Assembly (NCBI GenBank): GCA_964427125.1
Contig: CAYRSM010000004.1
Span: forward strand, 1-40,275
Reading direction: 5' to 3'
From: an uncultured archaeon
GTDB lineage: Archaea; Aenigmatarchaeota; Aenigmatarchaeia; CG10238-14; SCSR01
Length of the DNA: 40,275 nucleotides
Under the pieces are notes generated by a model. That model was not told the DNA's origin, ran no database searches, and saw only the letters and a list, made by a program, of their open reading frames with translations. This document shows, piece by piece, positions 18,084 to 27,198 of this stretch. Positions within the stretch are counted from its first letter, which is position 1. The number at the start of each line of letters is the position of its first letter. Both the position numbers and the translations under genes were made by a program.

Positions 18084-18443
18084 ATGAAGACAGCGAGCGC
18101 AAGGTTGACAGGTGCGAGGGTTTCCCCGCTAAAGTCTGTTGTGTTACTGGACAAGCTGAGGAACAGGAACATTGCCTACGCGAAGACCTTTTTGAACCAC
18201 CTGCTTGACGAGACCGAATCCCTGAATGGAAAGCAGTACACTAAGACCGCACAGGTGATACTGAATTTCCTGGAGAGCGCTGAGGCGAACGCAAAGCAGA
18301 AGAACATGAACATAGAGAAGCTTTTCATCAAGACCGTCTCCGCCAGCAAGGGTGAGAAGACGTTCAAGGGAAAGACGAGGTGGAGGCTCAGGGGAAGGAA
18401 GGCCAAGGTCACGAACATGGACCTGGTCCTTGAGGAGAGGTAG
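18084..18443 (+). CDS. rpl22p: 50S ribosomal protein uL22
   Basis: LESAEANA motif and position between uS19 and uS3. Confidence 0.9.
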   Translation: MKTASARLTGARVSPLKSVVLLDKLRNRNIAYAKTFLNHLLDETESLNGKQYTKTAQVILNFLESAEANAKQKNMNIEKLFIKTVSASKGEKTFKGKTRWRLRGRKAKVTNMDLVLEER

Positions 18444-18445
18444 AT

Positions 18446-19084
18446 ATGGCGATAGAAAAGGCATTTGTGAAGGAAGGGATAAGGCTGTCCAACATACAGA
18501 GCTATCTGGCGAAGAAGTTTGCAAAGGCGGGGTACAGCCACAGCGAGATGCAGAGGACGGCAGTTGGGACTAAGATAGTCGTTTACGTCAACAGGCCAGG
18601 TCTGGTGATAGGGAAGTCGGGGAAGAGGATAGGCGAGATAACCGAGGACATAAAGGTAAAGTTCGGCATAGACAACCCCATGGTGGATGTTAGAGAGGTC
18701 GAGAACAAGTTCCTGGACGCCAACATAGTCGCGAGCAGGATAACTGATTCCATAGAGCGCGGCATCAACTACAAGAAGGCGGTCAACTTTTACATCGACA
18801 AGATAATGGAATCCGGCGCGATAGGAGTCCTTGTAATAGCCGCGGGAAAGCTAATCGGGAGCGAGAGGTCGCTTGTGTCGAAGTTCAAGCGGGGCTATAT
18901 AGTCCATTCGGGCGATTATGCGGAGACGCTTGTCGACCACGGCCATGCGACCGCGAACCTAAAGGCGGGGATAGTGGGGATAGACGTCAAGATTCTGAGG
19001 CAGAGGCCGGCGGAGTTCCAGTTCCTGCCTGTCGCGCCAGAGGCGTCCAAGGAAGCGGCCCCGGCCGAAGTCAAAAAGGAATAG
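18446..19084 (+). CDS. rps3p: 30S ribosomal protein uS3
   Basis: RPGLVIGKSG KH motif and GIVGIDVKI. Confidence 0.95.
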   Translation: MAIEKAFVKEGIRLSNIQSYLAKKFAKAGYSHSEMQRTAVGTKIVVYVNRPGLVIGKSGKRIGEITEDIKVKFGIDNPMVDVREVENKFLDANIVASRITDSIERGINYKKAVNFYIDKIMESGAIGVLVIAAGKLIGSERSLVSKFKRGYIVHSGDYAETLVDHGHATANLKAGIVGIDVKILRQRPAEFQFLPVAPEASKEAAPAEVKKE

Positions 19085-19085
19085 G

Positions 19086-20321
19086 TCAAAAGCCGCATCT
19101 TTTCAGGACGTCCTTTCCACAAAGCTTTCCCATGGAGCCTTTCATGCACGCTCGTTCGCTGTAGGCCTTGACGCCGTCCTTCCCATCACCGTACCACAAA
19201 AGAGGCAATGGGTCCGAACTGTGATTTTTCTTCACACAGGGTGTACTGTGGTCGCCAGTCACTACAAGTTGAAGGTTCTTGATGCCTCTCAAAAAACCGA
19301 AGAACTCCCTGTCTATGATTTCAACCATGCGCATTTTCTCCTTGTAGTTTCCATCATGACCCGCCACATCGGTCTCCTTGAAGTGAATGTAAAAATGATT
19401 GGCAGCCTTTTCCTCTATGGCCTTTCTACTCTCACTTATCGTCTTTTCCAGCCCAGCGTGCAGATTGGCGTACACGTCCCTCACCTTCATCTCGGGGTAG
19501 TCGAATTTTATCACCTTCATGCCGCACAGTTTCGAAAGCCCTATCTCGAGCGGCATGCTCATCACTGCGGCCCAACCCTTTCTCGCTGCTAGCTTTGGCA
19601 GCCTCACCCCGGCGTCGCGAAGCAGCAGGGCGTTCGCCGGAAGCATCCCCTCCTCCACCCTCTTTTTGTTAAGCGGGTGCTCGGCCAACACTTTCAAGCA
19701 TTGCTCCACAAAGTCGTTCACGGTATCCGCGCTCTCCCTTGCGATTTCGCTGTCATCGAGTGGCTTGCACGGCAAAAGCTCCTTGCCCTGCCTCTCGTTT
19801 ACCACGCCGATCTTTCCAAGTTTCGTGTACGCCGGATCGACATTGCTTATCTCGTCGGAGAATTCCCCGTGGATGACAAGCACTCCCCTGTGCTGCACCG
19901 TCGATTTGAATGTGAACGGGAATCTGAGCTTGACCTTGGAATTTATGTCCTTCTCAAAGACCTTCGCCTCCTCTGTGGTGAGCCCCCGTCCCGCTCGCCT
20001 GTCCGCGACTGTCCTGCCGTCCACTGTGGCAAAGTTGGTCCTGAGCGCAAGGTCGCCGTTCTTGAATATGACTCCTGCGCCAAATGCTTCCAGAGGTCCC
20101 CTCCCCGTGTACACCTTTTCGGCGTCGTTCCCTAGAAGGGCGACCACCGCGCCGTCGCTCTCCGGGGCGAAACCCTCGCGTATCGTGAAGACATGCCCGC
20201 TTTTGCCGTTTGCGGCGAACCAGTCCATGTTAGGCTTATTGGCGGCTTCGAGCGGTGTCTTGTTGCCTAGCTCGGGGATGGACAAATCCCCCACGCCGTC
20301 TATGATGACAAACACTTTCAT
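19086..20321 (-). CDS. apgM: 2,3-bisphosphoglycerate-independent phosphoglycerate mutase, archaeal type
   Basis: IIDGVGD, TPLEAA, GRGPLEA, DVAGHDG, TGDHSTP motifs. Confidence 0.92.
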   Translation of the reverse strand: MKVFVIIDGVGDLSIPELGNKTPLEAANKPNMDWFAANGKSGHVFTIREGFAPESDGAVVALLGNDAEKVYTGRGPLEAFGAGVIFKNGDLALRTNFATVDGRTVADRRAGRGLTTEEAKVFEKDINSKVKLRFPFTFKSTVQHRGVLVIHGEFSDEISNVDPAYTKLGKIGVVNERQGKELLPCKPLDDSEIARESADTVNDFVEQCLKVLAEHPLNKKRVEEGMLPANALLLRDAGVRLPKLAARKGWAAVMSMPLEIGLSKLCGMKVIKFDYPEMKVRDVYANLHAGLEKTISESRKAIEEKAANHFYIHFKETDVAGHDGNYKEKMRMVEIIDREFFGFLRGIKNLQLVVTGDHSTPCVKKNHSSDPLPLLWYGDGKDGVKAYSERACMKGSMGKLCGKDVLKRCGF

Positions 20322-20359
20322 TGTAAAATAATTTTGTTGTTTGTTCTAAGGAAAAAGGT

Positions 20360-21838
20360 TTAACCAGTGGTAAGGAAGCTCCACCACGGTGCAACCTCGA
20401 CCATGACCGTCCCGTTGCCCGCATCCGCTGTTACATCCTTTTCCACCTCTGTTGCAAAAAGGCCCAGCAGTTTCCTGTTCTCCGCCGCCTTTATCTTGTA
20501 GACAGCCGTGTCGTTCATGTTCTCCAGCGCGACAGACTTGGCCTTCATCCTTATCTTGTTTAGGACATCGCTAGCCGCCATCTTCACGGCGGCGTTCCCC
20601 ACGGTCAGTGTGCCGTTCACTATCGACACGCCTGATGTGCTGACGTTAAGGTCCTTGTCCCTGATGATCACGTTTTCCTCGGACGGCTCTATGGCAAGGA
20701 GGCTGTTGTTGACGTCAATCGTCACCTGCTTTCCTATCGTGTTTACTCGTACGTTGTCTGCGGTTATCGCTCCTGGCGTGACATTTATCTCGTCCACTAC
20801 GCCGCTGACCTCTGTGGTCGACAAGGAATCCCTGCTCTTTATGAGGTTTTCAATCATAGAGTCTATGTTCTTCCTTAATTCCTTCAGGCTGCTTATCTGG
20901 CTGTCTATGCTCCCCGAGGACGTTATCTTCTCTATAGCACTCTTGTAATAGTTGCTGATGCTGGCGCCGGAGTCGGCCATAATCGCAGAAGGCACCGATA
21001 TGTTTGCAGCAGCGTGCATTTCGCCCGTTCCGGACACACCGGACGACACAGTTTTTCCGGTGCAACTGGCCTTGATTCTTTCTATGTTTGTGTTAAGCTC
21101 GTTCAAAATCGACAAGACCTCGTCCCTGCTAGAATAACCCTTGTTCTTCAGCGCATCGTCCGACATGGCATACAGTCCTTTGTAAAAGGCGTACTTCGAC
21201 TCCCACTGGGAAACCTCACCGCAGCTGACTGTCGGCACACTATGCGAAGATGTGGCGCCGGCCTTTGCAGTCGCAGGCGTTGTTTGGCCAGAGCCTACGG
21301 AGTTGCATTTGTCCCTGTAGTTTGAAATCTCCTGTTTGAGCCCGATTATCTTGCTGGTCGCGTAGCTGGCTGTAGTATTGTCGCTCTCGTTGTTTGCTGC
21401 CGCAAGTCTGTTCATTAGCTCATTGTACTCCCTGAAAAGCGACTCGACCATCCTGCATGCAGCGGAGTTGTCCCAATCCTGTGTAGGGACAAGTTTTACA
21501 ACCGGCGCAGGTATCTGTGTGGGCAAGCCGGCGGTGGTGTTCGCTGGCACTGTTTGAGAGGGTGTTGTGTTCGCATAAACCGGGCACGGGTAGAACTCGC
21601 AATTCGCGCCGGGGTTCCTAGTAACGTAGCTGCCGTCCGGACACTGTTTGGCATCTGCTGTGCAAACTGACATGTTGCTGGAAGATGGCATTGTGGATGG
21701 AACAGGGACGGTGATCGCAGTGGCGGCCGCGGTCGTGTTGGTGATTGTCGCCGAATCGTTTGCAGCATCCTGGGCAAGAACCGAACCAGAAAACAGGATT
21801 ATCGATGTCAGGAATAGAACAATGATTGCGTGCTTCAT
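20360..21838 (-). CDS. secreted/surface protein with CTADAKQCPDGS..CEFYPCP motif
   Basis: Signal peptide, Thr/Pro-rich linkers, many NxT/S sequons, C-terminal PWWSFL. Confidence 0.75.
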   Translation of the reverse strand: MKHAIIVLFLTSIILFSGSVLAQDAANDSATITNTTAAATAITVPVPSTMPSSSNMSVCTADAKQCPDGSYVTRNPGANCEFYPCPVYANTTPSQTVPANTTAGLPTQIPAPVVKLVPTQDWDNSAACRMVESLFREYNELMNRLAAANNESDNTTASYATSKIIGLKQEISNYRDKCNSVGSGQTTPATAKAGATSSHSVPTVSCGEVSQWESKYAFYKGLYAMSDDALKNKGYSSRDEVLSILNELNTNIERIKASCTGKTVSSGVSGTGEMHAAANISVPSAIMADSGASISNYYKSAIEKITSSGSIDSQISSLKELRKNIDSMIENLIKSRDSLSTTEVSGVVDEINVTPGAITADNVRVNTIGKQVTIDVNNSLLAIEPSEENVIIRDKDLNVSTSGVSIVNGTLTVGNAAVKMAASDVLNKIRMKAKSVALENMNDTAVYKIKAAENRKLLGLFATEVEKDVTADAGNGTVMVEVAPWWSFLTTG

Positions 21839-21862
21839 GAGCTTATTTTTTGTTTTGCGCGA

Positions 21863-23044
21863 TTATAAAGATGCCGCCGCCTTCTTCAGCACTTCCGCCT
21901 TGTCTGTCTTCTCCCACGTAAAGTCGGGGTCGTTCCTTCCAAAGTGGCCGTAACATGCAGTCTTCTTGAATATGGGCCTCCTGAGCTTCAGGTCCCTGAT
22001 TATGGCTCCGGGCCTCATGTCAAAGTTCTTCTTCACAATCTCGGTGAGCCTCTCGTCGGGGACCCTCCCCGTGCCGAAGGTGTCAACGTAGACAGAGACT
22101 GGGTGCGCCACACCTATGGCATAGGCTATCTGGACCTCGCACCTCTCGGCAAGTCCGGCAGCGACTATGTTCTTGGCGATGTACCTTGCCATGTAAGAGG
22201 CGGAGCGGTCTACCTTTGTGGGATCCTTGCCGCTGAAACACCCTCCTCCAGACCTTCCCATGGCACCATAACTGTCAACGACTGTCTTCCTGCCCGTTAG
22301 TCCCGAATCTGCCAGTGTGCCGCCTATGACGAACCTCCCAGTGCCATTGACTATGAACTTTGTGTCCTTGCCCATCATCTTCTCCGGGATGACCTGCTTT
22401 ATGACCTTCTCAACGATGTCCTTCCTTACCGTTTCTATGTTCGCGGAATCGCCGTGCTGTGCGGCTATCACCACGGCATTGACATTTACTGGCTTGTCGT
22501 CCACATACTCTACCGTGACCTGCGACTTCCCGTCCGGCCTGAGATAAGGAAGTATCTTCTTTTTCCTGCACTCCGCAAGCCTCATCACGAGCTTGTGGGC
22601 CAGCACTATCGGCAGGGGCATCATCTCCGGGGTCTCGTTGGTGGCATAGCCGAACATAAGGCCCTGGTCGCCCGCCCCTATGTCAAGGCCCTTGCTCTCG
22701 TCAACGCCCCTGGCAATGTCCGGGGACTGCTCCTCTATGGATGTGAGCACCCCGCAGGTCGCCCAGTCCATGCCGTCCTTTGCGTTGTCAAGGCCTATCT
22801 CCTTGAGGGTGTTCCTGACAATGTTCGGGACGTTCACGTAGCTTGTGGTGGTTATCTGCCCCGTCAGGACGGCCATCCCCTGCATTATGAGGGTCTCGCA
22901 GTCCACGTGGGCGTCGGGGTCTTTGGCTATAATTGCATCTAGGATGGAGTCGGAAACCTGGTCAGCCACTGTGGACACGCATTACAGCGTTTTGTCCGGG
23001 TGACCTTCCGCAACGCTCTCTGATGTGAACAGGTATCTCTTCAT
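21863..23044 (-). CDS. metK: S-adenosylmethionine synthetase, bacterial/eukaryotic type, interrupted by a 21-nt intron (exons 23044-22992 and 22970-21863)
   Basis: ATG 23044 gives [18 protein letters not shown], then an insert reading TL*CVST, then VADQVSD. Downstream motifs [15 protein letters not shown] and YGHFG are intact. Spliced product is 386 aa. Confidence 0.93.
22971..22991 (-). other. putative BHB micro-intron in metK mRNA (AACGCTGTAATGCGTGTCCAC)
   Basis: GGAC/GTCC 4-bp helix, bulges AAA and ACA, inner stem ACGC/GCGT with the stop codon in the loop. Cutting after the 2nd nt of each bulge gives GAC AAA GTG GCT. Confidence 0.85.
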
Positions 23045-23047
23045 TGG

Positions 23048-23851
23048 TCAATGCCCCCTTTCAAGGCATTTTTCGTAGTTAATATATTTCCTTCCTAAAT
23101 ATAAATTTGTATCCTTGTAAATCCAGTCGGCCAAGACACTCGCTCTTTTGCATGTGTACGGCAGGCTGAACGTATTTTTATGATGCGTTCTGACTCTGGA
23201 AGAAACACCAATGCTATTTTTCACTGCATTTTCAAGTTTGTCCAAGAATTTCTTAGATCCTGAAAATATGATAATCCTGAAATATGGGCTTCTTTTCCTG
23301 TCGAAGTATGATATACTGCCGTCTCCGTCAATGACGCCTCTGATGAAATCCGGTAGCACTTCTTTTGGTATGTCCGGGAAATCGACTACAAGAGATTTTC
23401 TGGGGATTACACCCAGTTTAATCAGATCTTCGCATATTATCCTGTTCGCAACTGTCAGCCTGTATGATTTTGTTTTGGGCGAGTAGAGAAGCTCCTTGCT
23501 GCTTCCGAGAATGTTTCTTATCCTTTCCAAATGGCTAAAATCTTTCTCGGATTGCGTTATGGTCAGTGTCCAACGGGATTCCTCAGGCTTATAGCTGACA
23601 TTTCCGTCGGTAAAAACAAACCCCAAGATGTAGCTCATCTCCCTTGTAAATTTCTTGAAGAAATGCTCGTTGACTGTGTTTTTCTTAATCTCTATCCCTA
23701 GCTCTTTCCTGTAACGGTTGACCGTAGTCTTCCCGATTTTTAGCTTTCTAGCCATTTCCCGTTCCGATATAACGCCAAAATTGCCACTTATATAATCCAG
23801 ATAAAATGCCTTGTTGTGACCAAACTCCTTACTCAACAGCGTCTGGGCCAT
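23048..23851 (-). CDS. free-standing LAGLIDADG endonuclease with N-terminal HTH
   Basis: YILGFVFTDG and FIRGVIDGDG motifs, EREMARKLKIGKTTVNRY HTH. Lower GC than flanks. Stop lies 3 nt before the metK ATG. Confidence 0.88.
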   Translation of the reverse strand: MAQTLLSKEFGHNKAFYLDYISGNFGVISEREMARKLKIGKTTVNRYRKELGIEIKKNTVNEHFFKKFTREMSYILGFVFTDGNVSYKPEESRWTLTITQSEKDFSHLERIRNILGSSKELLYSPKTKSYRLTVANRIICEDLIKLGVIPRKSLVVDFPDIPKEVLPDFIRGVIDGDGSISYFDRKRSPYFRIIIFSGSKKFLDKLENAVKNSIGVSSRVRTHHKNTFSLPYTCKRASVLADWIYKDTNLYLGRKYINYEKCLERGH

Positions 23852-23891
23852 TGTATAGTAATTGCTGGGTGTGCTTATACGTCTTTCGGGG

Positions 23892-23910
23892 GTTCATTTC
23901 CGGTGAGTTT
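23892..23910 (-). repeat. 19-bp motif AAACTCACCGGAAATGAAC, copy 1
   Basis: Exact match to 38359-38377. Lies 40 nt upstream of the LAGLIDADG ATG. Confidence 0.85.
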
Positions 23911-23980
23911 TGACAACTGGCACTTTCAACATCTCTTATACCGCCCAAAACATGCCTAGAACGGATTTCGGCAGAATTAC

Positions 23981-23994
23981 GTTACATATGTAAC
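23981..23994. promoter_or_regulatory. perfect palindrome GTTACATATGTAAC in an AT-rich divergent promoter region
   Basis: 14-bp palindrome sharing the TACATATGTA core with 27181-27196. Confidence 0.45.
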
Positions 23995-24184
23995 TAATAA
24001 ATTAATTAATTAAATATTTTAATAATAAATGTCATAAATCTGTTTAAGAAACAATTAAATGTGTTTTTATACCTCATATAAACTATTTTCCATATATTTT
24101 ATAACCAAAAAAATGTCAAGTCAATTGTTTCACACAATCCATATATACCACCCAGAGCTAATTACATATTACGAAAAATCCCAA

Positions 24185-24230
24185 GCGCCGGGATCCACCG
24201 ACTTCGAAAGGGGGAGGCGGGTTCCGGTGT
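24185..24230 (+). promoter_or_regulatory. 5'-leader stem-loop of the S-layer gene
   Basis: GCGCCGGGATCC pairs with GGGTTCCGGTGT (with GU pairs), immediately before the AGGTGA RBS at 24241. Confidence 0.55.
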
Positions 24231-24252
24231 TCAAAAAAGTAGGTGAAAAAAA

Positions 24253-26580
24253 ATGAATTTCAAAGAGCTGATTGCCGGTATGCTTAGCTTACTGGTAACC
24301 GGCGCGACTTTCGCGTTCGCCGTTTCGGCGGCGACGACCCTGGACACATATCCGGGGTTCCTAAAGTCAGCCGGTCAGCTCTCTGCCTACGTAGTAGTAG
24401 GATCCGGCGGAACGGATCCAGCAGGACTAGCTAGCGACATTGCCGGTGCGGTCGATATCGCAGTCAGATTGGCTGAGGTGCAGTATGCACCAACGACCGT
24501 GTCTGGCGGTACAACGACGACGGCTGGTTTCAGCGGGCTGGAGAGGGACATACAGGTCCAATCTCCGGTTACGGTGAACGACTCAAACTCTGGTTTCCCA
24601 GGATCACTGCAGAGCTACCACTTCTCCGGCCTCAAGAGGGGCACTGTGACCTTCAACGGTCAGCAGTACAACTATCACGAGGAAGTTGACGTAGGGAGCG
24701 GTGTGCTTGTCGAGCACAACGCATCCGTTAACAATGTCAACGGCACGGAGACTCTGGTTGTCCCTAGCGGCGGATTCACGAACGGAGGCATATCGTACAG
24801 ATTTGTCTTCGACCAGGCCATATCAGGTCTGGGCTCCACGGCAACGCCCAACTACACATACACGCTGACAGTTCCAGTTGCAGGTACGAACATGGTGATA
24901 ACTGGTGTCGACACAGCCGGTTTCTCCGCTTTGGCGGGGAACGTGGGTGTCGCCGACTCCAAGACGCCTATAACCTACAGCGGCTACAGCGTATATGTGC
25001 TTGACGGCTCTTCCGGAAGCTGGGCTAAGATCCAGATAAAGGACGCCTCGGGCAACATTGTCCAGACTGACATACTGAACCTGAACCAGCAGAACACATA
25101 CACGTTCGGCTCCACGACCTTCCAGGTCAGAGTCATAAACGTGTACGCTTCGACCGTGACAAGCACTGCGAGCGCGCAGATAGCTGTGGGTTCGAACGTT
25201 GCAGTTACTTACCCTGCGGGCGAGTCGGTAGACCCGAAGTACCAAGTTGACAGCCAGCCGTGGTACATACATGCACCAACAGGCGGCTATTCGACTGCGG
25301 GTACTCTAGCTGCGGGTAGTTACATAGCTGTTTCGTACGATTCACAGAACACGTCGTACTTCAAGACTGGCACGTATCTGACAGGACCGAACAATTACTT
25401 CTCGTTCGGTGTTGGCGGAATATTGCCGGTCAGCTGGGCAACGATAACTGTCACGCCTGTATCGGCAGGACAGACAGTGTACGCAAGCTCGAGTGCGACT
25501 ACGTCTCTGGCAAACGGCTTGTCGGGCTTCAAGGTGCATTCTGACACAGCGGGAACTATATATCCGGCTGCAACAGCTGGAACATTCAGTCCCTATAGTT
25601 GGCAGGATGCGTACTTGCTGTTCAACACCACCAACACAGGTGGCGGGCTGAACGGCAGTGCGACGTACGCGTTCATAGGACACTATGACACGGCGGCCTC
25701 GAAGATAGTGGTCGATTACAACATATCGGCTGCATTGCCACAACAGGCGGCCTTTAAGTTGCAGTACGGCGGTAGCGGAACAGGAGTATACTATCTGAAC
25801 TTCACGTTGGTCAACAGCACCACCAACGCACTAAATGGAGCATTACTGTATGCTGCTTCAGGTCCAACAAAGACTGGTAGCGCAACATACGTAAACTACA
25901 CTTTCGTGCAGGACAGTGGTGTCACGTGGGGTACTTCGGTAGTTCCGACGTTCCACCTCGGAACCAACAAGGGGTCTGCCGACACAGGCGACCTCGTGAT
26001 GATTTACGAGGGTAACTATCCTGCCGGACAAGTATCGCAGGACCTGCTGACAGACGGCCAGATGATAGTCAAGGCGCCTAACTCGAACGACGCGGCCGAC
26101 ACGGCCGTGTTCCAGATACCTGCAGACCTTGTGAAGGACAAGTATCTGTTCGGTACGTTCGGCGGCACCACGACGACAACCACCACGAGTGGAACTGTCT
26201 ACAGTTTCACAGGCCCGATAACCAGCCCGGTCGCATACCTGGACACGGACATGACGACCGAAAAGAAGGCTGCAAAGGACCTGGTAGTGGTCGGCGGTCC
26301 GTGCATCAACTCCGTCGCTGCTGACGTCCTCGGTCTGACGTACCCGGCGTGCGGTGCGGCCTCGGGCATAACTGCTAACACTGCCATGATAAAGGAAGTG
26401 GACAACAAGTATGCCTCGGGACAGAACATCGTGCTGGTTGCGGGCTGGTCTGCCTCCGACACAAGGTTGGCGGCTGACGTCCTGCAGAACTACGACCAAG
26501 CGACAGTCTCAGGCAAGCTAGTAGGCAAGAGCTCGGTAACGGTAAGCGGTACATCGGTAGCTACGGCTACGATAGCCTAA
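24253..26580 (+). CDS. S-layer protein
   Basis: Signal peptide. N-terminal VVVGS..SDIAGAVDIA and C-terminal LVVVGGPCINSVA..LVAGWSASDT match the archaeal S-layer N/C domains. Thr/Ser/Gly-rich, strong RBS. Confidence 0.88.
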   Translation: MNFKELIAGMLSLLVTGATFAFAVSAATTLDTYPGFLKSAGQLSAYVVVGSGGTDPAGLASDIAGAVDIAVRLAEVQYAPTTVSGGTTTTAGFSGLERDIQVQSPVTVNDSNSGFPGSLQSYHFSGLKRGTVTFNGQQYNYHEEVDVGSGVLVEHNASVNNVNGTETLVVPSGGFTNGGISYRFVFDQAISGLGSTATPNYTYTLTVPVAGTNMVITGVDTAGFSALAGNVGVADSKTPITYSGYSVYVLDGSSGSWAKIQIKDASGNIVQTDILNLNQQNTYTFGSTTFQVRVINVYASTVTSTASAQIAVGSNVAVTYPAGESVDPKYQVDSQPWYIHAPTGGYSTAGTLAAGSYIAVSYDSQNTSYFKTGTYLTGPNNYFSFGVGGILPVSWATITVTPVSAGQTVYASSSATTSLANGLSGFKVHSDTAGTIYPAATAGTFSPYSWQDAYLLFNTTNTGGGLNGSATYAFIGHYDTAASKIVVDYNISAALPQQAAFKLQYGGSGTGVYYLNFTLVNSTTNALNGALLYAASGPTKTGSATYVNYTFVQDSGVTWGTSVVPTFHLGTNKGSADTGDLVMIYEGNYPAGQVSQDLLTDGQMIVKAPNSNDAADTAVFQIPADLVKDKYLFGTFGGTTTTTTTSGTVYSFTGPITSPVAYLDTDMTTEKKAAKDLVVVGGPCINSVAADVLGLTYPACGAASGITANTAMIKEVDNKYASGQNIVLVAGWSASDTRLAADVLQNYDQATVSGKLVGKSSVTVSGTSVATATIA

Positions 26581-26593
26581 AACAACATACTTT

Positions 26594-26633
26594 GAAAAGA
26601 AGCCGAAACGGCTTTCTTTTCTTTCTTTTTCTT
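26594..26633 (+). terminator. hairpin plus T-tract terminator of the S-layer gene
   Basis: AAGCCG-AAA-CGGCTT followed by TCTTTTCTTTCTTTTT. Confidence 0.7.
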
Positions 26634-26731
26634 CGCAACCCCCGAGGTTTTGCTAGGTTTCGGAAATTGTGCATGCTTTCCTGATTGAACGAATATAAGT
26701 CTGCAAACCGCAATGATTAGTGTCCGGTACC

Positions 26732-27103
26732 ATGGGGGTCATAAAGGAGAAGGTAAGGATAAAGGACTCGGAAATCGAGGCGGTTGTTGACACCGGTTCA
26801 GACCATATGGTCGTTGACGAAAATTTTCTTGTGAAGATTGGGCTCAAGCCGGCGAAGCAGGAGTTCGCCTCGTTCGCTGACGAGTCGAGGAAGAAGGTGA
26901 ACGTGTACCTTGAGGACATTGAGATTAGGGGCTGGAAGATACCCGCGGTCGTAATCGTTGGTGGGAGGAAGAACCTTCTGGGTCGTTCTGTCCTGCAGCA
27001 GCTGGGTGCGAAGATTGACCGGGAATCGGACACGATAGCGTACACGAGGCAGCCGACTGGTGCCATTGAAATTACTTGTGTGGAGCTGGATGACAAAAGC
27101 TGA
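26732..27103 (+). CDS. retropepsin-like aspartyl protease
   Basis: AVVDTGS catalytic motif and LLGRSVL. Confidence 0.85.
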   Translation: MGVIKEKVRIKDSEIEAVVDTGSDHMVVDENFLVKIGLKPAKQEFASFADESRKKVNVYLEDIEIRGWKIPAVVIVGGRKNLLGRSVLQQLGAKIDRESDTIAYTRQPTGAIEITCVELDDKS

Positions 27104-27180
27104 TTTTTGTGCGGTTTTTAGCGCATGACGTTTTCCGGGAAAACTTATATGCTGGACAATATAAATGCTTAAATATAACA

Positions 27181-27196
27181 TGATACATATGTATCA
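27181..27196. promoter_or_regulatory. perfect 16-bp palindrome TGATACATATGTATCA (putative operator)
   Basis: Lies between a TATA-like tract and the ATG at 27199. Confidence 0.55.
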
Positions 27197-27198
27197 AA

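Noticed and set aside
21863-22978. ORF-track start for metK (MSTVADQ...) or a pseudogene call
   Set aside because: That GTG lies inside the 21-nt insert. The conserved N-terminus is encoded in frame upstream from ATG 23044, and the gene is otherwise undamaged.
22982-22984. Stop-codon readthrough or recoding (Sec/Pyl) in metK
   Set aside because: The codon is TAA, and readthrough would leave 7 extra residues in the active-site motif. TAA ends other genes normally here.
23048-23851. LAGLIDADG ORFs as inteins or as intron-encoded proteins
   Set aside because: No intein splicing termini. Each has its own start and lies outside the introns, which are only 13-21 nt.
23990-24130. Very AT-rich tract as a replication origin
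   Set aside because: No ORB-like repeats or cdc6/orc1 gene nearby. It is adequately explained as a divergent promoter region.
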